NCBI RefSeq assembly: GCF_009834535.1
Contig: NC_045698.1
Coordinates: forward strand, 7,194,001 to 7,258,000
Reading direction: 5' to 3'
DNA from: Camelus ferus
Lineage: Eukaryota
DNA: 64,000 nucleotides
Every line of letters starts with the position of its first letter. Positions within the stretch are counted from its first letter, which is position 1. Below the pieces are notes generated by a model, which ran no database searches, was not told the DNA's origin, and saw only the letters and a list, made by a program, of their open reading frames with translations. Positions 61,125 to 64,000 of this stretch are shown one piece after another. Position numbers and translations under genes: made by a program.

Positions 61125-61963
61125 CACAATGGAATACTACTTAGCCATATAAAAGAACAAAATTTTGCCATTTGCAGCAACATGGATGGACTTGGAGGGC
61201 ATTATGCTAAGTGAAATAAGTCAGACAGAGAAAGACAAATAGTGTATGATACCACTTATATATGGAATCTAAAAAATACAATAAACTAGTGCATATAACA
61301 AAAAAGAAGCAGAGTCACAGATATAGAGAACAAACTAGTGGTTACCAGTGGGGAGGGGATGAGGGAGAATACAGGGATGGGGAAGTGGGAGGTACGAACT
61401 ATTGGGTATAAGGTAGGCTACAAGGGTGTACTGTACAACATGGGGAATATAGCCAATATTTTGTAATAACTGTAATTGTATAAAAATTAAAAATTAACAA
61501 CAACAAAAAAGAACATGCCTTTCACAAGCAAACCAACTACCCCAGAGCCCACACCCCAACCACCTGCTCTATCGGGCTCTGACACTCTGGGCCACTGTCT
61601 ACCTGCACTAATCACCATATGGCCAGGTACCAGACAACTGGAGATAGTCCCTACGCCCCAGAACCCACCACAATTATCCAGACCAGCCAATTCTAAGCCA
61701 GCTTTCCCTGCCTTGTCTGTTCCTTCCCATAGAAACCACAATAAAGGCTCCTGTCCACATGTTCCCCTCAGTCCTTCTGTCTCCTGACTGATCCAAGTGC
61801 TTCCCCATGTAGCCCACCTGTGGTGTGGTGTGGTGTGGTGTGGTTTGATGAACTCCCTTCTCTTAGGACAGTATGTGTATAAAACATATATTTTTTAAAT
61901 GATTGTCATCTGACTTACTAGACTTGACATACCTAAATAATAATAAAACCTACATTTAAAATA
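60225..61963 (+). mobile_element. MER74-like ERVL LTR split by L1
   Basis: tgtattaaccatg...ggggccttgctgaccctgga before the L1; gcaaaccaac...ccacaataaaggctc...taataaaacctacatttaaaata after it. Confidence 0.75.
60331..61507 (+). mobile_element. L1 3' portion (ORF2 end + 3'UTR) containing a second L1 3' fragment at 60732-61067 and a (CA)n repeat at about 61079-61128
   Basis: catcagggaaatgcaaatcaaaa...acatatgacccagcaattccactcct...atggatggacttggagggcattatgctaagtgaaataag; outer TSD aaagaatgtgcctttc / aaagaacatgcctttc; inner TSD aagatgtggtata / aagatgtgataca. Confidence 0.85.
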
Positions 61964-63029
61964 GAATAATTTGGGCTAATTTGTTATGCAGCACTAGATA
62001 ACTAATAACTTAAATATATACATACATATAATCTTTTCCTTCATACACAATGACATCTTAACATCTAAAAAAATTAACAATTATTTCTTCATATTATCTA
62101 ATACTTCGACCAACTTATAAATGTCCTCCATTCCCTAAAAATGTCTTTACAACTGGTTTGTTGGAGAACAGGATCTAAACAAGGTCCATATATTGCATTT
62201 GATGTTATGTTTTTCAAGTCTGTTTTCAAAGTAGGATTTTTTCAAAGGCAAAACCTGAGCCTCCTATAAACATAAGGATCTAGATATTAAATATTTAATT
62301 AACACAGTAATGAGGGAAGAAACAAGATGGCTGGTTAAAAGAAACTTTGAGAAACTGAGTATTTATAGGCATTAGAAAATGATTGCTAAGTTAGATTTTT
62401 AAAAAACTAGTTAATAACCTCCAAGAAAATAAAACTTATAATCAAAACCTTTTTGATGATCTTTGCTACCAGGCAGAAATCATTTGCATCTTTACCAGAC
62501 AAAATTAATCTCAGTTGCTAGCAGATAAGAATCATTTGCATCACTATCTGTTTTGTATATGATATCACCTTTTCTCATGGAGTTGTAAAGCATTTTAATT
62601 AATCTTAAATAGCCTGAAATGAAGGAGCATACATGGTCATAGCATGTTAGACAAAGCCCCAGCATGATACTGAAAAAACAGGCCACTAAGTCATCCCTTT
62701 TCTATTTCCAAGTTTTGAGATTCTCTTTTTTCTTAACATTCTTTTATCCAGAATAGTCTCGCCATTGGATTGTAATCCCATATGCTGACTTTATCTGCTT
62801 GCTTCTAATGTACTTCAATAAAACGTGACTTTTAGATCAATATCTAGTTGCTAAAAATAACACCACATGTTATCAAATGGATGAAATGTTTTGGTGTCAC
62901 TCAGTTATTAAATCATTACGGGATGTTGAAATAATGTTTATTAACTTATTTTATCATTAATCTCAGATTCTAATATGCAGGATTTCCTTTGGGTACTCTA
63001 AAGTAGAGGAGGTAGGCTTGTTTTGAAAG

Positions 63030-63643
63030 TGTTACCCACAAACTGGGTTCTTCTCTTGGAAAATGTCAAGTCAAAAGACACAACCAAGCCAAGGAGCAGG
63101 GAAGCATAGGATTTATCATTTGCAGCAAGTAAGAAGAACATGGGGATACTGCCCAAAGCAACGTCTCCCTGAACAGCAACGTTGGGGAAGTTTTAAGCCA
63201 AGGGTGCATGCATATTCATGAAGGAGCTTGGGTGGTGTGTGCATATTCATGAAGGGGCTTGAGCAGGGGAGAATTCAGCATAGAACTGGGGCAAAGATTG
63301 ACAGAGTCCAGGCTCTAGTTGATTCAGTCTTGAAGGTCAGCAGAGGTCAGCATCATCATTCCCTAGGTTCCAGTTAGTCTGGTGGTGGAGTGCTGGAGGG
63401 GGTCTGGATCCTGCAAGAGGGCTCAAGAATGTGTGTTATGACTAATCTTTATCTTCGAACAGAACCGGGAGTCTTTACCACTGATGCATTGTTTCCAATA
63501 TGATGGAGTGAATTCCCTGGCCTCCTCGGAGCAGACATTAGCCAGGCTTAGATCACAAAGTGGCTTAGGCTTCGACTGGCTTCTCTTATGGTAGAAACCT
63601 AAGTCTGGTTCTTTTCCTCCGGATGCCCTCTCCTTCTGCCTAC
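63030..63643. mobile_element. Probable ERV LTR
   Basis: TG...CA bounded, about 610 bp, internal repeat gcatattcatgaagg twice; orientation and family uncertain. Confidence 0.5.
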
Positions 63644-64000
63644 AACGGCATCATCCTGAGATCTTTTGTTTGTTGACATCAAACACAGTACTCCCTTCCT
63701 TTTCTTCCAGGCTTCTTGGTGGTTTTCCTGAAATCCTAGGCTGGAAGTCTGAGGGGCTCTCCTTCTCCACCTGCATCTCTCCACCCTTCTTCCTTCTGAG
63801 ACTTTCACTGAAGGCCCTGGAATTTCTTCTTTTTGTAAGTTACACTAGCTTTTCTCCTTGACACCCATTTCTGATTTGCTCTGCTTCTCCTACGTTCTTG
63901 AGTGTCTTCAAAGTGGCCTTGTTGCCTGGTTTAGCAGAGGGAGCCCCACAATATATGTCAGGTATTTCTTCCTGTGTCTTCTTCAGAAGAGAGTTCCTTG

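Larger units (their letters stand above)
57214..62008 (+). mobile_element. MaLR MLT1F-like element: LTR (57214-~57690), internal region, second LTR (59736-62008), with nested insertions
   Basis: Two related LTR starts (tgtggtcgtcagcctccaagatg and tgtggcggtctgcaagttggcccc) and an LTR end ttgttatgcagcactagataactaata. Confidence 0.65.

Noticed and set aside
62472..62545. Short duplicated motif gcaga..aatcatttgcatc
   Set aside because: Only two short imperfect copies in AT-rich DNA; no evidence of an array or function.

Overview
Mammalian genomic DNA, most likely a camelid (Camelus/Vicugna), inferred from six copies of a tRNA-derived SINE resembling the camelid Vic-1 family. The window covers the ATPSCKMT(FAM173B)-CCT5-CMBL block. 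ATPSCKMT (minus strand) has coding exons 1-4 here; the last exon was not found and probably lies left of the window. It is head-to-head with CCT5 across a 430-bp CpG-island bidirectional promoter. CCT5 (plus strand) is complete: 11 exons, 1626 nt, 541 aa. CMBL (minus strand) is complete: a probable non-coding exon 1 in a CpG island near 52.9 kb, plus 5 coding exons, 738 nt, 245 aa. All splice junctions were read by eye, are GT-AG and keep frame. The rest is intronic/intergenic DNA dense in LINE, SINE, LTR and DNA-transposon relics. Repeat family names and orthologue comparisons are from memory, not from a search. I do not see a previously undescribed biological system. The most unusual observations are a solo LTR flanked by a ~40-bp direct repeat about 1 kb upstream of CCT5, a five-layer nested transposon stack at 56.4-62.2 kb, a stop-free in-frame 75-nt CCT5 intron, and a near-consensus CTCF site in CMBL intron 4.
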